From an uncultured Bifidobacterium sp. (GTDB lineage Bacteria > Acidobacteriota > Vicinamibacteria > Vicinamibacterales > CAVVIG01): a stretch of 64,000 nt of DNA. Positions 1 to 11,275 of this stretch are shown piece after piece (the first letter of the stretch is position 1; each line of letters begins with the position of its first letter). The stretch spans positions 18,344 through 82,343 of the forward strand of contig CAYLTD010000017.1 of assembly GCA_964386715.1 (NCBI GenBank), written 5' to 3'. The translations under genes were made by a program, and so were the position numbers. The notes beneath the pieces were generated by a model. That model had not been told where the DNA came from and ran no database searches. It was given only the letters and a program-made list of their open reading frames with translations.

Positions 1-599
1 CGGAACACCTGCCCGGCGCCACCGGTCGCCAGCAGAATCCGCGCCCCCCGCACCTCCCGGCGCGCGCCGCCGTCGTCGAAGAAGCGCACGCCCGCGACCG
101 CGCCGTCCTCGAGGATGACGTCGGTGACGAGCACATGGTTGATCACCTGGACGCTGGACAGGGACGCCACCTGGCGCCACATCGCCCGCGAGATCTCACG
201 CCCGGTGGCATCGCCTGCGTGCAGGATGCGGCGGACGCTGTGCGCAGCCTCGAGGCCGAAGATGAGGCTGCCTGAGGCATCGCGATCGAAGCGGGCGCCC
301 CACTCGATCAGTTCACGGACGTACCGCGGTCCTTCGGTGACAAGCACCCGCACGGCGGCCTCGTCGCACAGACCCGCGCCCGCGTTCAGCGTGTCCGAGA
401 CGTGCAGGTCCACGCTGTCGCCTGGCCCCATCGCCACTGCGATGCCACCCTGTGCGTAGCCCGTGTTGCTCTCCGTCGAATCGGCCTTCGTGAGGATCAC
501 GACGCGGCCCTCGGACGCCAGCCGCTGCGCGGCCCGCAGTCCGGCGATGCCGCCACCGACGATGACGAAGTCGAACAGGTCGGGTGCCGTGGTCTGCAA
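1..599 (-). CDS. nadB: L-aspartate oxidase, N-terminal part (3' end runs off the window)
   Basis: Not in the ORF track because there is no stop in the window. Reverse translation from TTG at 599 gives QTTAPDLFDFVIVGGGIAGLRAA (an FAD GxGxxG motif), then HSVRRILHAGDATGREI, which is typical of NadB-type flavoproteins. Confidence 0.75.
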   Translation of the reverse strand, partial: MQTTAPDLFDFVIVGGGIAGLRAAQRLASEGRVVILTKADSTESNTGYAQGGIAVAMGPGDSVDLHVSDTLNAGAGLCDEAAVRVLVTEGPRYVRELIEWGARFDRDASGSLIFGLEAAHSVRRILHAGDATGREISRAMWRQVASLSSVQVINHVLVTDVILEDGAVAGVRFFDDGGARREVRGARILLATGGAGQVF

Positions 600-639
600 T
601 CATTAGATGTTATCCTAGGCGGTCGAGCCCTCGCTGCCC

Positions 640-1722
640 ATGGAACCGGTCCGCATCGACGTCTCCACCCCTTCACGCCGCTACGGCATCACGCTTGGCA
701 CCGGCGTCCTGTCGCGCCTGCCGGCGCTGCTCGACGAGGCCGGTGCACCCAGGCGCCGGCTGGTCGTCTCCAGTCCGACGGTGTGGCGCTTCCACGGGGA
801 GCGGTTTGCCGAGGCGTGCGACGCCGAGCCGATCATCGTGCCCGACGGTGAGCGCTACAAGCAGACCCCGACGGTCATGCGCGTGTACGACGCCCTGATC
901 AAGGCAAACGCCGACCGCGCCACCACGCTCATCACCTTCGGGGGCGGCGTCATCGGCGACCTGGCGGGCTACGCGGCGGCGACCTACCTGCGGGGCATCG
1001 CCCTGGTTCACGTGCCGACGACGCTGCTGGCGCAGGTGGACAGTGCCATCGGGGGCAAGGTTGGCGTGAACCACCCGCTCGGCAAGAACCTGATCGGCGC
1101 CTTCTACCAGCCGCACGCCGTCATCGTCGATCCGGCGGTGCTCGGCACGCTCTTGCGCCGCGAGTTCCGGGCCGGCCTCTACGAGGTGATCAAGTACGGG
1201 ATGATGTCCAGCCCGTCGCTCTTCGAGCGCGTGGCGAGAGAGCACAAGGCCATCTTCGCGCGCGTGCCGGACGTGCTCACCGCCATCATCGCGGAATCCT
1301 GCCGCATCAAGGCGGAGGTGGTTGCGGCAGACGAGAAGGAGTCTGGGCTGCGCCGGATCCTGAACTTCGGCCACACGGCGGGCCACGCACTCGAAGCCGT
1401 CACCAGGTACCGACGCTTTCGCCACGGCGAGGCCGTAGGGTACGGGATGCTGGTTGCTGCCGACCTGGCCGTCTCACGCGGCGCGCTCGCAGAGGCTGAT
1501 CGCAGAGCGCTCGCCGACGTCATCGCCAGCCTTGGACCGCTCCCGCCCATCGGAGACATCTCCATCGGGCAGGTGCTCGATGCCATGAAGCACGACAAGA
1601 AGATGGTGGCCGGGCGCCTGCACTACGTGCTGCCAACAGCCGTGGGGGCATGGGCGATCGTGGACGATGTGACGGAAAAGGAGTTCAAGGCCGCGCTTGC
1701 CCGCATCGGCCTGGCCAGGTAG
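640..1722 (+). CDS. aroB: 3-dehydroquinate synthase
   Basis: 360-aa ORF with GGGVIGDLAGYAAATYLRGI..VHVPTTLLAQVDSAIGGKVGVNHP..GKNLIGAFYQP, the AroB nucleotide and metal-site motifs. Confidence 0.9.
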   Translation: MEPVRIDVSTPSRRYGITLGTGVLSRLPALLDEAGAPRRRLVVSSPTVWRFHGERFAEACDAEPIIVPDGERYKQTPTVMRVYDALIKANADRATTLITFGGGVIGDLAGYAAATYLRGIALVHVPTTLLAQVDSAIGGKVGVNHPLGKNLIGAFYQPHAVIVDPAVLGTLLRREFRAGLYEVIKYGMMSSPSLFERVAREHKAIFARVPDVLTAIIAESCRIKAEVVAADEKESGLRRILNFGHTAGHALEAVTRYRRFRHGEAVGYGMLVAADLAVSRGALAEADRRALADVIASLGPLPPIGDISIGQVLDAMKHDKKMVAGRLHYVLPTAVGAWAIVDDVTEKEFKAALARIGLAR

Positions 1723-1724
1723 CG

Positions 1725-3127
<1,403 letters not shown>

Positions 3128-3128
<1 letters not shown>

Positions 3129-3706
3129 TAGCGCAACCAGCCGGCGGGCACCGCTGCCCGGCGTGCCTCCTCCTGCAGGTCGAGGATCGCCCGGCGGTCC
3201 TGCTCGACGGCTTTCTTGAGCCGGTCGAGCTCCTCGAGGGCACGAGTGCGATCGCGTTCGATCTGATCGCGCTGAACCGGATCATCCCGATTGATGAAGT
3301 CCATGGTCAACGCATTGACCCGGGTTTGGAGCGCCTCCGCGAGCGTTTCGTTCTTGCTGAGTTGGTCGCGCAGCTCAGCCTGACGCCGCTCCCAGTAGGC
3401 CCGATCGCGCACCGGTTCCTTGGCGGACTTGCCGGCTGCCGGTGTTGCGGCCGCCGATGCGGACGGGTCGGAGGGTACAGCCGCGTCCGCCTGCGCCGCA
3501 GCTTCCGCTGCTGGCGCCGGACCATCCGGATCGGCCGCGACCTCAGGCGTCCGGACGGGTTTCAAATCCGCATTCGTAAACGTCTTGGGAGCGGACGGAC
3601 TTTGCTGGCGACGCTCACCTTCCTTGCGGGCCACGTCGGCCAGCGACTGGGAGAAGGCGGGCGGACTCAGCGCGACCAGCAGAAGGGCGATGAAGCAGGC
3701 ACGCAT
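3128..3706 (-). CDS. secreted Ala/Pro-rich coiled-coil protein, function unknown
   Basis: Track ORF 3128..3784 trimmed to the internal Met that begins a signal peptide (MRACFIALLLVALSPPAFSQ). The C-terminal half is heptad-like and charged (RQAELRDQLSKNETLAEALQTRVNAL..LDRLKKAVEQDRRAILDLQEEARR). Confidence 0.55.
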
Positions 3707-3765
3707 AGCTGCAGATCCTATCGGCACGAAGGCCAGCCCACGTAAGCATGGGTGCCGGTGAACGG

Positions 3766-4602
3766 TCATCGGATCTCCCTCCATGCAAGGATCTCAACCT
3801 GAGGCGGGGCGGCAGGCCGGGGCCCCCGGATAAGCGGGTCGGCGGCCTGCCAGCGAGCCACCGCGGCCAGGTCCGGGCGCCGGACAGTCGCTTCGAGGAT
3901 CCGGTGAGCGTTGCGCCGGCCGAACGCCTCGGCTCGGAGTTCGAGGACTCCGGCTCCGGGGTTGGCAGCGGCACCGACCTGTGCACCGTCCCGCATCGGA
4001 TCACCATCGTTCTCCAATGGGTCGTCGGCCACGAGCACCACCACGTACGGCCCGAACCCCCGCCACTCAGCGGTCGCGAGGATGTCCAGCGCCTGATGGG
4101 CGAAGAGCCGCCACCGGGGGTTCCGCGCCCCCCAGATGCGATCGGGCGTCATGGCGGAGGCCTGCGCGTCGGTGCACGGCCGTTCGCGGGCGCACGTGGC
4201 CATGTTCACCACGACGTCGAGTCTCAGCGTGATCCCTCCCGGCCCGGACCTGTCGGTGCCGGCACCGTCGTCCAAAGCCGACGCATACGAACCGTCCAGG
4301 ACGGACGTGAGATCGCCGGGTCCCCGCAGTTCCCCAATCACGCGTTCGAGCGCGGCTTCCGCGGCATACCGGGCCTCCAGCGATGCGCCCGCGTGCTCCG
4401 ATGCGATCGCATCGGCGGACGTGGTGAGCGCCAGGGCCGCGGCAATACTGGAGAGCAGCAGCATGAGGAGCATGGTGAACACCATCGCCATGCCCTGGTC
4501 GCCGGAGACCCGTCGATTCGGACGTGCGATGCGGGATAAGCGCGTGCGTCCGGTGCGCGGCCAACGGGTCGCGGCCACGGCTCCCGGCCACCGTGTCACC
4601 AT
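3766..4602 (-). CDS. PilX/GspK-like minor (pseudo)pilin
   Basis: Track ORF 3766..4812 trimmed to the start that overlaps the upstream stop. It has a hydrophobic N-terminal segment GMAMVFTMLLMLLLSSIAAALALT without Glu+5, followed by ARYAAEAALERV, resembling the PilX N-terminal signature. The start is uncertain; an alternative Met lies at 4491. Confidence 0.6.
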   Translation of the reverse strand: MVTRWPGAVAATRWPRTGRTRLSRIARPNRRVSGDQGMAMVFTMLLMLLLSSIAAALALTTSADAIASEHAGASLEARYAAEAALERVIGELRGPGDLTSVLDGSYASALDDGAGTDRSGPGGITLRLDVVVNMATCARERPCTDAQASAMTPDRIWGARNPRWRLFAHQALDILATAEWRGFGPYVVVLVADDPLENDGDPMRDGAQVGAAANPGAGVLELRAEAFGRRNAHRILEATVRRPDLAAVARWQAADPLIRGPRPAAPPQVEILAWREIR

Positions 4603-5783
4603 CCCGCCGCCGCTCCGCGCGGAGTCACCGCCAGCCGCACTTCCCTGTCGGGCACCAGCCGGGTGCCGCGCGCCGTACCCGCACGGGTGAAGAGCGGGCC
4701 TGCAGGCCCACGCAGCGACGCGACTGCCGCCTGCACGCGTGCGGTGACCACGACCTTCCGAACGCGCAGGAGATCCGCGTCGAATCGTCCGGGGCTCGTG
4801 GCGTCCGGGCACCAGGGACCATCCGACAGGCTGGCCCCGTCAAGCACCACCAGGGAGGCAGGCGTGCCGAGGGCCGGCAGCCGCGACACCACCTCGCCGC
4901 TGGCCGTGCGTTGAAACACGCAGTTCTCGCCCGGAGGATATGCCGTCGGCTGGGCGGTCCACACAGGAGGTGCTGGGCCGTAGGTCGCATGGGGCGAGAG
5001 ACCACCCGTGCCGAGCAGATAGGGCGCATCGGCCTCGCCAGCCAGCACAAAGCGGAGTGAGACGACGTGATTGAGCACGGGGACGTCGGCACCACCGCCG
5101 CCGTCGTACTGCAGCAACTGTGGGATACCAGAGCCCCGCTCGTCGGCAAGGTAGTACGTCCGAACCGAGGCGGCGGCAATTGCCGCGCCGATGCCGTAGA
5201 CCTTCGGGCTGTCAGGCGTGTCGTGCACCAGGGACAGGCGCGCGCCAGCCACCTGCGACACCGTGTAGAGATCCCACGACGCGGTGTCGTCGAACACCAG
5301 CACGGTCATGCCGGCCCGGAAGCCACAGGAGAGATCGCCTGGCGGGCACGAGCCGTCCAGTTGCACGTCGGTCGAGCCGGACGCCGCTGCCAGGGGCAAT
5401 GCGAGCCTGGACTGCGGGCCGCCAGCGTCTGCCCACAGGAGCGTGATGCGCGTGTCGACATAGGAGCCGGGCGGATCCGGGTTCCTGCGCCCGACGCGGT
5501 GCGGCAGCACGCCCGGCACGATGCGAGCCGTCGCCGCCTCGGGCAGCCTGGCTGGCTGAGCCCCGGCCATCGACAGGTTCCGGACCAGCGTGTCCGACAG
5601 GAGCCGTACGCGCTGCTCCACGTCCGCGCCTTCAGGCTGCGCCTGCATCGCTCCGTGCATCGGCGCGACGACCAGCAGGGCCGCGCCGGTCACCGCGGCT
5701 GTGACCACGAGGGCCAGCAGCAGTTCCACGAGCGAGAATCCGGCGTCTGGCGAGCCCTTGCGGGTGGCTGGTTCCAGCGTCAT
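4596..5783 (-). CDS. PilW/GspJ-like minor pilin with prepilin cleavage/methylation motif
   Basis: Track ORF 4596..5936 trimmed to the Met that gives an ATGA overlap with the upstream gene. It carries the class III signal ...DAG|FSLVELLLALVV with Glu+5, and LVRNLSMAGA resembles the PilW family. Confidence 0.7.
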   Translation of the reverse strand: MTLEPATRKGSPDAGFSLVELLLALVVTAAVTGAALLVVAPMHGAMQAQPEGADVEQRVRLLSDTLVRNLSMAGAQPARLPEAATARIVPGVLPHRVGRRNPDPPGSYVDTRITLLWADAGGPQSRLALPLAAASGSTDVQLDGSCPPGDLSCGFRAGMTVLVFDDTASWDLYTVSQVAGARLSLVHDTPDSPKVYGIGAAIAAASVRTYYLADERGSGIPQLLQYDGGGGADVPVLNHVVSLRFVLAGEADAPYLLGTGGLSPHATYGPAPPVWTAQPTAYPPGENCVFQRTASGEVVSRLPALGTPASLVVLDGASLSDGPWCPDATSPGRFDADLLRVRKVVVTARVQAAVASLRGPAGPLFTRAGTARGTRLVPDREVRLAVTPRGAAAGW

Positions 5784-6343
5784 CGCGCGTGCCTCGCCCG
5801 CACCGCCATCAGATGTGCACCCGCAACAGGCCGAACGCGCCTCGGCGCGCCGCCTGCGAGAGGAACCACGACCGCCTCGATGACGAGCGTATCGGGATCG
5901 GCGGCGAGCCCATGGATCGCCCAGCGCCTGGCCCAAACCGCGTCCCTGGGCGCGGGCACTCCCTCGCCGACCCAGCGGCCGTCGGCGTCGAAGAAGTCGC
6001 AGTAGCCGGCTGTGTCGTCCAGGAGCGTTCCTCCTGGTGACGGGCTCAAGCCTGTGCCGCCCGCGGTGTCGTTCGCCGCGCCGGTGTCGGTAAACGTATC
6101 CGAGACCGCGGCGCCGTCAGCGCTCGACCACGCGAGGCCGCGCAGCTGCTCCACCTTCTCCCGCGCCAGCATCGTCTGGACGGCGTGCGCCCGGATCGAC
6201 GCCAGGACACGGGCAGAGGCGAGGGAGACGTACGAGAGTGACAACAACCCGCTTGCGAGGATGAGCGTCGCCATCATCGCCTCGGGCAACGCGATTCCGC
6301 GCTGGTCGCGCCACGCCACGAACACGGTGCCGTCGCCCTGCAT
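5780..6343 (-). CDS. PilV/GspI-like minor pilin
   Basis: 187-aa ORF with a prepilin-like motif ...DQRG|IALPEAMMATLILASGLL (Glu+5). It is the first gene after the candidate sigma54 promoter. Confidence 0.65.
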   Translation of the reverse strand: MQGDGTVFVAWRDQRGIALPEAMMATLILASGLLSLSYVSLASARVLASIRAHAVQTMLAREKVEQLRGLAWSSADGAAVSDTFTDTGAANDTAGGTGLSPSPGGTLLDDTAGYCDFFDADGRWVGEGVPAPRDAVWARRWAIHGLAADPDTLVIEAVVVPLAGGAPRRVRPVAGAHLMAVRARHAR

Positions 6344-6355
6344 GCCGAGAGCGAG

Positions 6356-6372
6356 AGCAACAGGCGCTCCAG
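6356..6372 (-). promoter_or_regulatory. candidate sigma54 (-24/-12) promoter for the minor-pilin operon
   Basis: The minus strand reads CTGGAGCgcctgTTGCT, with GG and GC at consensus spacing (TGGCAC-N5-TTGC). It sits only about 13 nt upstream of the ATG at 6343, which implies a near-leaderless mRNA. Confidence 0.35.
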
Positions 6373-6440
6373 CACCGGCACACGCCTTCAGGCCGGAATC
6401 CGGGGGGAAGGACCGGGTTCGTTGCAGGAAGTGCAGAAGA

Positions 6441-6455
6441 ACGGCCGGTGGCCGT
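6441..6455 (-). terminator. weak hairpin downstream of the histidine kinase gene
   Basis: ACGGCC-acc-GGCCGT (6-bp stem) followed by TCTTCT on the minus strand, about 18 nt after the kinase stop. Confidence 0.3.
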
Positions 6456-6472
6456 AGGCAGAATTTGCGAGG

Positions 6473-7729
6473 TCAGCTGATGGGCAGCATGACCTGCAGC
6501 CGGGCGCCCCCGGCGGGAGAGGCACTGGCCGTCACTCGGCCGTTGTGCGAGACGACGATCTTCTGCACGAGCGCGAGCCCCAGTCCCGTGCCGTCCCGTT
6601 TCTTCGTGAAGAAGGGCTGGAAGACCCGCTCGCGAGCATCCGGCGGGATACCTGGACCATTGTCGTCCACGAAGATCGTGCAGGTGCGGCGGGCGTGGTC
6701 GATCGCGCCTTCGACGATGATGCAGGGCTGCGCCACTGAGGCCTGGACGCAGGCTTCGACCGCATTCCGGAGCAGGTTGCTGAACGCCTGCCGCAGCAGG
6801 ATTTCGTCACCACTCAGGGCGGCGAACTCGCCGTGCACGTCCACCCGGCCGCCTCGCGAGGCCAGCTCCGCGCGCACCTCCTCGGCTGCGCGCCGGCACA
6901 GCGCCCCGATGTCCACCGGCGCGATCGTCAGCTGCGCCGGGCGGGCGAAATTGAGGAAGTTGTTCACGATTTCGCCCAGCGACACCGCCTCGGCGCGAAT
7001 GCCTTCGACGTAGGTGCGGTAGTTGGGCGGGAGTGATGCGGGATCGAGCAGCTTGCTGTACCCATGGATGGTGGCCAGCCCGTTGCGGAACTCGTGCGCA
7101 ATGCCCGCCGTCATCTCGCCCACCGACGCAAGGCTTTCCTTCAGCCGGAGCTGCTCTTCCAGTTGCTGGACGGCCGTCAGGTCCGAGAAGAGGCAGACGG
7201 CGCCGTGCAACTGGCGGCTGCCGTCGAACAGGGGCGACACCGTGACGCCGAACCGGGATGCCGCGCGTCGACCTTCGGGCAGCGTCACGGTCCGTCGCAG
7301 GACGGCGGTGCCGGTGGACAGGCACTCATCGATGGTGGCCGAAAGCGCCGGCTCGTCGACCACCGCATGATAGTGGCCGGTCACGGTACCGGTGCCGAGG
7401 TTGAGCAGCCGGCGGGCCGCCGGATTGACGATGCGAACCGCCCCGTCGAGCCCGACGACGAGAAGCCCCGAGGTGATGCTGGCGATGATCTCGCCACTCA
7501 GTCGTTCCGATGCCTCGGCGCGCGCAGCGGTCGCGCGCTCCTGCTCGCGCAGCCTGTTCATCGCCGTCTCGAGGGCGGCCGAGAGCATGGCCTCGTCGCC
7601 GGCGCCGTGCCCCCCACGACCCGAGCGACGCGCGGCCGCGAAGATCCGCAACGTGGAGAACACGAGGAGGGCGACCAGCCCGGCGACCAGCGCCGTCAGG
7701 CCCAGCAGGACATAGGCGGAAGGGGACAT
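6473..7729 (-). CDS. sensor histidine kinase (single TM, cytoplasmic PAS, HisKA, HATPase)
   Basis: H box HEFRNGLATIHGYSKLL, N box NLLRNAVEA, G1 DDNGPGIP and G2 GTGLGLALV. It starts 19 nt after the pilD stop. Confidence 0.9.
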   Translation of the reverse strand: MSPSAYVLLGLTALVAGLVALLVFSTLRIFAAARRSGRGGHGAGDEAMLSAALETAMNRLREQERATAARAEASERLSGEIIASITSGLLVVGLDGAVRIVNPAARRLLNLGTGTVTGHYHAVVDEPALSATIDECLSTGTAVLRRTVTLPEGRRAASRFGVTVSPLFDGSRQLHGAVCLFSDLTAVQQLEEQLRLKESLASVGEMTAGIAHEFRNGLATIHGYSKLLDPASLPPNYRTYVEGIRAEAVSLGEIVNNFLNFARPAQLTIAPVDIGALCRRAAEEVRAELASRGGRVDVHGEFAALSGDEILLRQAFSNLLRNAVEACVQASVAQPCIIVEGAIDHARRTCTIFVDDNGPGIPPDARERVFQPFFTKKRDGTGLGLALVQKIVVSHNGRVTASASPAGGARLQVMLPIS

Positions 7730-7748
7730 GAAGGTGCGCGAGACGGCC

Positions 7749-8525
7749 CTACATCGGGGCCCAGAAGCCCAGGTACCAGCGCAGCACGCCCGGGCCCACG
7801 GTAGCCGCGGCGGCCGCGCCGAGTGCGAGGAAGGTGCCGAACGGGATCGCGTACTTCATGCCCTTGCCCGATGCAATCAGTCCCACGCCGATGAGCGCAC
7901 CAGCGAACGACGCCATCATCAGGGTGACGAGCGTGAGCTGCCAGCCGATGAAGGCGCCAATCATCGCCAGCATCTTGACGTCGCCCATCCCGAGGCCCTC
8001 CTCGTGCCGGATACGGTAGTAGCCCTCCGCGATCAGCCAGAGGCTGCCGCCGCCGGCGATCACCCCAAGCAGCGAGGCGAACCAGCCCGGTTCCGGTGTC
8101 AGGAAGCTGAAGACGAAGCCGACGATGATGCCTGGCAGCGTGATGACGTTTGGCAGCAGTTGATGATCGAAGTCGATGACGAAGAGCACGATGAGGATGC
8201 AGCCGAACACGAGGCGCGACACCAGCAGCACGGACGGGCCGTAGTACCACGCCGCAGCCCCGAACATGACGGCCGTGAGCGCCTCGATGAGGGGATGCCG
8301 CACCGACAGTGGAGCACGGCACGTCCGGCACCTGCCGCCGAGCACGAGCCAGCTGACGATCGGCAGGTTCTCGTACCAGGCCAGCTCGCGCGCGCAGGAC
8401 TCGCAGGCAGAGGCAGGCCAGACGACGGAGCGGCCGATGGGGATGCGGTAGATGCAGACGTTGAGGAAGCTGCCGATCAGGGCTCCGACCAGCGCTGCAA
8501 GCCCGACGAACGTACCCGGAGTCAT
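7749..8525 (-). CDS. pilD: prepilin peptidase / N-methyltransferase
   Basis: Track ORF 7749..9005 trimmed to the Met that gives an ATGA overlap with the upstream gene. It has CESCARELAWYENLPIVSWLVLGGRCRTCRAPLS (a Cys4 motif) and GLGMGDVKMLAMIGAFIGW (the active-site Asp region). Confidence 0.9.
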   Translation of the reverse strand: MTPGTFVGLAALVGALIGSFLNVCIYRIPIGRSVVWPASACESCARELAWYENLPIVSWLVLGGRCRTCRAPLSVRHPLIEALTAVMFGAAAWYYGPSVLLVSRLVFGCILIVLFVIDFDHQLLPNVITLPGIIVGFVFSFLTPEPGWFASLLGVIAGGGSLWLIAEGYYRIRHEEGLGMGDVKMLAMIGAFIGWQLTLVTLMMASFAGALIGVGLIASGKGMKYAIPFGTFLALGAAAAATVGPGVLRWYLGFWAPM

Positions 8526-9466
8526 GACGTGGGCGCGAACGCGCGCTGCGGCTCGTCCGGCAGCGGAAACAGGGGCGATTGCGACGAGAGGCGGACGCGG
8601 CCGCGGTCGTCCAGGTCCAGCGGTGTGCCCGAAGGGTCGACGGGGATGCCACGCAGCACGCCCGCCCGGGCCAGCGCCTGCCAATCGGCCGCGAGAATGC
8701 CGGCGGCTCGAGCCCGGTCGATGATGTTCTGCACCTGATCGATGAAGTCCATGGCGTCGAGCTGGAGCAGGCGCCGCTCGGCGTCCTTGCGCAGCCAGTC
8801 GATCTCGGCGGACTGATAGATCGCCTGCCACATGGTCCGTGACGAACGGCGGTCCCCCCCCTCGGCGAGGGTCGTCGCCGCGAGCGAGCGCAGGAACCAG
8901 GGAGCGCCCGGTACCTGGCTGGCCCTCTGGAACCAGTGGGCAGCCGCCTTGTAGTCGTGCCGCCACCAGTAGTGCACGAACCCGACGTCCTGCATGTATT
9001 CCCACTTATCGGGTCGAGCCGCCAAACCCTTCTCGAGCAGGGTAATGGCCAGATCGGGCCGGCCGGCACCGCCTGGGTACGGCTCCGCGAGGAAGATCGC
9101 GCCGAAGCGGTACGCGATGTTGAAGGCCGGATCGAGCGTGGTCGTCAGGTCGAGCAGCGGATAGAGCAGCTCGTAGTCCGCGGGTGGCGCCCCGTTCCCG
9201 CGTAGTGGAGCAGGGGCATCGCCCTCGAGCCGCAGCTTCACTCCGCCGTAGTACTGAAGCGTCCGGATCCAGTAGAGGTCTGCCGCCAGCGCCGAGTACC
9301 CGACGGTAAGCCGTCGCAGCGCCGTGCCGGACGTGACGTAGAGCGAGTCCTCGGATGTGGCGGAGGGCGGATACCGCCCTTCACGCAGGTGCTGCACGAA
9401 CGCGGCAAGCCCGATGAGGGCTGCAACCACACAGACGCCGGCAGAGCGCCGCAGGCGGTGGCCCAT
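8522..9466 (-). CDS. membrane-anchored TPR-like protein, function unknown
   Basis: 314 aa with an N-terminal TM segment (VCVVAALIGLAAFV) followed by helical repeat-like sequence. It sits between the ABC-2 permease and pilD with 4-5-nt junctions. Confidence 0.6.
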   Translation of the reverse strand: MGHRLRRSAGVCVVAALIGLAAFVQHLREGRYPPSATSEDSLYVTSGTALRRLTVGYSALAADLYWIRTLQYYGGVKLRLEGDAPAPLRGNGAPPADYELLYPLLDLTTTLDPAFNIAYRFGAIFLAEPYPGGAGRPDLAITLLEKGLAARPDKWEYMQDVGFVHYWWRHDYKAAAHWFQRASQVPGAPWFLRSLAATTLAEGGDRRSSRTMWQAIYQSAEIDWLRKDAERRLLQLDAMDFIDQVQNIIDRARAAGILAADWQALARAGVLRGIPVDPSGTPLDLDDRGRVRLSSQSPLFPLPDEPQRAFAPTS

Positions 9467-9471
9467 GATCG

Positions 9472-10281
9472 CTACTTGAAGTCGCGCCGGGAGAACACGA
9501 GCATCGCCGCGACGATGAGCGCCGCGATGTAGGCGGCGGCGTACACGCCGGAGTACGCGAGATACCCGGCTGGCACCGGCTGCCCGTGCACCACCTGCGC
9601 CCGCACGTCGAACGGCGCAAGGTTCGGCAGGACCCAGTAGAGAACGCTGGTCAGCGTGTTCGCCGCCGCCGAATCGGTGACCTGGTTGAAGTTGCGCAGG
9701 TCCATGCTGAACCGTCCCGCGATGAACAGCGCGAAGGTGAACGCGGCCGAGAGCATCGGCGTGGAAAACGTCGAGAAGAACAACGCAATCGCGGTCACGA
9801 TTGCCAGCTCGCCGTAGGTGAGCAGCACCGCCTGCAGCATCAGGGGATCCAGTGCCGGCCGCTCCCAGCCCGCCTTCGCCATCGGCGGCGTCAGCCAGGC
9901 CATCCAGGCCAGCACCGCGTACAGCGCGATCGCCATCACGCTCAGGTTGACGGCGAGCGTCAGCAGCAGGCCCGCGTACTTGCCCAGGACCAGGTGGTGC
10001 CGTTCGATCGGTTTCGAGAGCAGACCGTAGATGCTGCGCTTCTCCACCTCCTTGGACACCAGTCCGATGCCGATGAAGACCGCAATGAAGAGCCCGAACA
10101 CGGAGGTCGCCGCCAACCCGAGGTCCTTGATGATCTTGACGTCCTGTCCCGCCGTCAGCTGGCCGATGAGGAACGAGGCTCCCATGAGCAGCACGGCGAA
10201 GAGCACGAGGTTGTACAGGACCTTGTCGCGCACCGACTCGCGGAACACGTTCAGCGCGATCACCGGGACCACGCGCGTCAT
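9472..10281 (-). CDS. ABC-2 family transporter permease (PilI-like position)
   Basis: 269 aa, polytopic (about 6 TM), with an N-terminus typical of NosY-like ABC-2 permeases. It overlaps the ATPase gene by 4 nt. Confidence 0.8.
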   Translation of the reverse strand: MTRVVPVIALNVFRESVRDKVLYNLVLFAVLLMGASFLIGQLTAGQDVKIIKDLGLAATSVFGLFIAVFIGIGLVSKEVEKRSIYGLLSKPIERHHLVLGKYAGLLLTLAVNLSVMAIALYAVLAWMAWLTPPMAKAGWERPALDPLMLQAVLLTYGELAIVTAIALFFSTFSTPMLSAAFTFALFIAGRFSMDLRNFNQVTDSAAANTLTSVLYWVLPNLAPFDVRAQVVHGQPVPAGYLAYSGVYAAAYIAALIVAAMLVFSRRDFK

Positions 10282-11261
10282 GCGCCTCCCTCCGCCCGCT
10301 GTGCGCCGAGGCCCCGATCGTGGGACAGCAGTTCCGGCGCCGTCACCTGGCGCACGAAGAAGTCCTCCAGGGTGTCGCGGAGCGGGTTCAGGGAGATCAC
10401 GGTGCCGCCGCCCGCCGCCACGTCCGCGACGAAGCGCGCCGGCCCGGGCTCGACCGGCAGGTCGAACGTGTAACGACCCTCACCAACCTGCGTCTGCAGG
10501 GTGGTGCGGGGCGCGAGCGATGCCAGCAGCGTCGGCGTAATGCCGGCAGCCACGACTTCCCAGCCGCGGATCTGGAATGCCAGCATGTCGGTCAGGCGGC
10601 CGGCCGTGATCAGCCGGCCCCGCGCCATGATGGCGACACGGCTGCACAGCGCCTCCGCGTCGCTGAGCACGTGCGAGCTGAAGAACACGGTGCAGCCACG
10701 ATCGCGCAGCCGGAGGATCAGCGACCGCACGTCACGGCGCCCGAGCGGATCGAGGCCCGACATCGGCTCATCGAGAATCACGAGGTCCGGCTCGTTCAGC
10801 AGGGCCTGGGCGATCCCGACGCGCTGCAGCATGCCCTTGGAGTACTTGCGGAGCTGGAGGCGCCGCTCGGCGCCAAGCCCCACGTCGTCGAGCAGCCCCG
10901 AGACGCGCCGGCGACGGTCGTCCCCGCGGATACCAAAGAGGCTGGCGAAGTACGACAACAGCTCTTCGGCGGTGAGATAGTCGTAGAAGTACGGGTGCTC
11001 AGGCAGGTAGCCCACGCGGCGCCGGACCTCGATGTCGTCCAGGGGCCGATCGAACAGCTCGGCGCGCCCGGCGGTCGGAAAGACCAGCCGCATCAGCAGC
11101 TTCAGCGTGGTGGTCTTTCCGGCGCCGTTCGGGCCGAGGAACCCGAACACCTCGCCCCGCTCGACCGACAGCGTGAGGCGGTCGAGCGCGCGATACGGCC
11201 GCTTGCGCCAGAAGCCAACCGCGTAGTCCTTGGTCAGTTCGTATGTCGCGAGCGCCGGCAT
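10278..11261 (-). CDS. ABC transporter ATP-binding protein (PilH-like position)
   Basis: Track ORF 10278..11531 trimmed to [13 protein letters not shown]. It has Walker [10 protein letters not shown], a signature variant YSKGMLQR and Walker [13 protein letters not shown]. Confidence 0.9.
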   Translation of the reverse strand: MPALATYELTKDYAVGFWRKRPYRALDRLTLSVERGEVFGFLGPNGAGKTTTLKLLMRLVFPTAGRAELFDRPLDDIEVRRRVGYLPEHPYFYDYLTAEELLSYFASLFGIRGDDRRRRVSGLLDDVGLGAERRLQLRKYSKGMLQRVGIAQALLNEPDLVILDEPMSGLDPLGRRDVRSLILRLRDRGCTVFFSSHVLSDAEALCSRVAIMARGRLITAGRLTDMLAFQIRGWEVVAAGITPTLLASLAPRTTLQTQVGEGRYTFDLPVEPGPARFVADVAAGGGTVISLNPLRDTLEDFFVRQVTAPELLSHDRGLGAQRAEGGA

Positions 11262-11275
11262 GGAGGGGAGCGCGC